This document shows, in pieces, positions 63,511-64,000 of a DNA stretch of 64,000 nt (position 1 is its first letter; every line of letters starts with the position of its first letter). The stretch is from assembly GCA_963724295.1 (NCBI GenBank), contig CAVRUC010000010.1, positions 90,304 through 154,303 on the forward strand, given 5' to 3'. Under the pieces are notes generated by a model that saw only the letters and a program-made list of their open reading frames with translations, did no database searches and was not told the origin of the DNA. The position numbers were made by a program, and so were the translations under genes. This DNA is from an uncultured Chloroflexia bacterium (GTDB lineage Bacteria; Chloroflexota; Chloroflexia; Thermomicrobiales; UBA6265).

Positions 63511-64000
63511 ATGCCCGACCCGGCGACCAGCTTCGACGCGACCGCTTGGCGGCGGCGGCTGCGCGTCGCTCAAGGACTGGAACCCGCCGATCTCGTCCTT
63601 GCCGGCGGCACGGTCGTCGACGTGCTCTCGGGTGACACGTACGACGCCGACATCGCCATTGCCGGCGGTGTCATCGCCGGAGTGGGGGCCTATCCTCGGG
63701 CCCGGGAACGGCTCGATGTTACCGGCGCGTGGGTCTGCCCGTCGTTCATCGACGCGCACGTCCACACCGAGAGCGCGCTGGTCTGGCTGCCGGAGTTCGC
63801 CCGTGCGGTCGTTCCGCACGGCACCGGCGCAGTCGTGACCGATCCTCACGAGATCGCCAACGTCGCCGGGTTGTCGGGCATGGAGGCGATGCGCGCCGCC
63901 GCACGCGGATTGCCGCTCGACATCTATTTCACGGTGCCGTCCTGCGTACCGGCGAGTCCGTGGGAGTCAGCGGGGGCGGAGTTTGGACCGGCCGAGATGG
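63511..64000 (+). CDS. ade: adenine deaminase, 3' end outside window
   Basis: It is absent from the ORF track because no stop occurs before the window edge. GGGAGGAG RBS precedes ATG 63511. Translation contains FIDAHVHTES and VVTDPHEIANVAG. Confidence 0.85.
   Translation, partial: MPDPATSFDATAWRRRLRVAQGLEPADLVLAGGTVVDVLSGDTYDADIAIAGGVIAGVGAYPRARERLDVTGAWVCPSFIDAHVHTESALVWLPEFARAVVPHGTGAVVTDPHEIANVAGLSGMEAMRAAARGLPLDIYFTVPSCVPASPWESAGAEFGPAEM

Noticed and set aside
63298-63849. N-terminal 184 residues of the 639-aa ORF 61930..63849
   Set aside because: The composition is non-protein-like (runs of R/G/D/P). It overlaps the promoter and 5' end of the adenine deaminase gene on the other strand. 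A good Met (MAPKEG) precedes the first TM helix at 63297.

Overview
This is a high-GC (about two-thirds G+C by eye) bacterial chromosomal window made up almost entirely of housekeeping genes. I recognised no rRNA, tRNA, CRISPR array, transposase, integrase or phage gene. Several gene orders are Terrabacteria/Firmicutes-like: rsmD-coaD-yceD-rpmF-fabH-fabD-fabG, recG-degV-rpmB and accC-nusB. Together with an LPXTG-type sorting signal and the GC content, this suggests a Chloroflexota/Thermomicrobia-like monoderm, but that is inference only.

The core is a roughly 22-kb co-directional minus-strand block running from 27.4 kb down to 5.7 kb. It contains a tightly packed de novo purine operon, purSL-purQ-purM-purC/F-purD-purN-purE, whose genes are coupled by ATGA/GTGA overlaps. 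The purE looks like class II, no purK is present in the operon, and purC and purF are joined in frame.

The most unusual signal is non-coding. At least ten intergenic loci carry a mosaic of short tandem repeats with 7-8 nt units (AGTCGGTR, CCACCCTG, GGGTCGCR, CGCCGTCT, TTGGCTG, GGTGATG). These are combined with conserved 30-55 nt modules: a repeated hairpin/terminator cassette, a 32-nt GCCACCCTGCCACCACGAGCGGAGCGAGTAAC module, and REP-like GGGCGACGC/GCGTCGCCC palindromes. The arrays often sit as forward plus inverted sets able to form long hairpins, and some are G-quadruplex-capable. I know of no description of this repeat system.

Other items worth a second look:
- a pentameric ligand-gated ion-channel homologue with three extra N-terminal TM helices
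- an orphan ParA translationally coupled to guaB
- an LPXTG Gly/Asn-rich surface protein behind a 350-nt leader
- a TetR gene with two near-identical 16-bp palindromic operators

Caveat: three housekeeping genes (rqcH, nusB, purD) carry single-base frame disruptions. The nusB and purD shifts map to short homopolymer runs; the rqcH shift is not precisely located. The assembly probably contains indel errors, so any fusion or pseudogene call here needs read-level confirmation. Many long ORFs in the six-frame track are antisense shadow ORFs typical of high-GC DNA and were not called.
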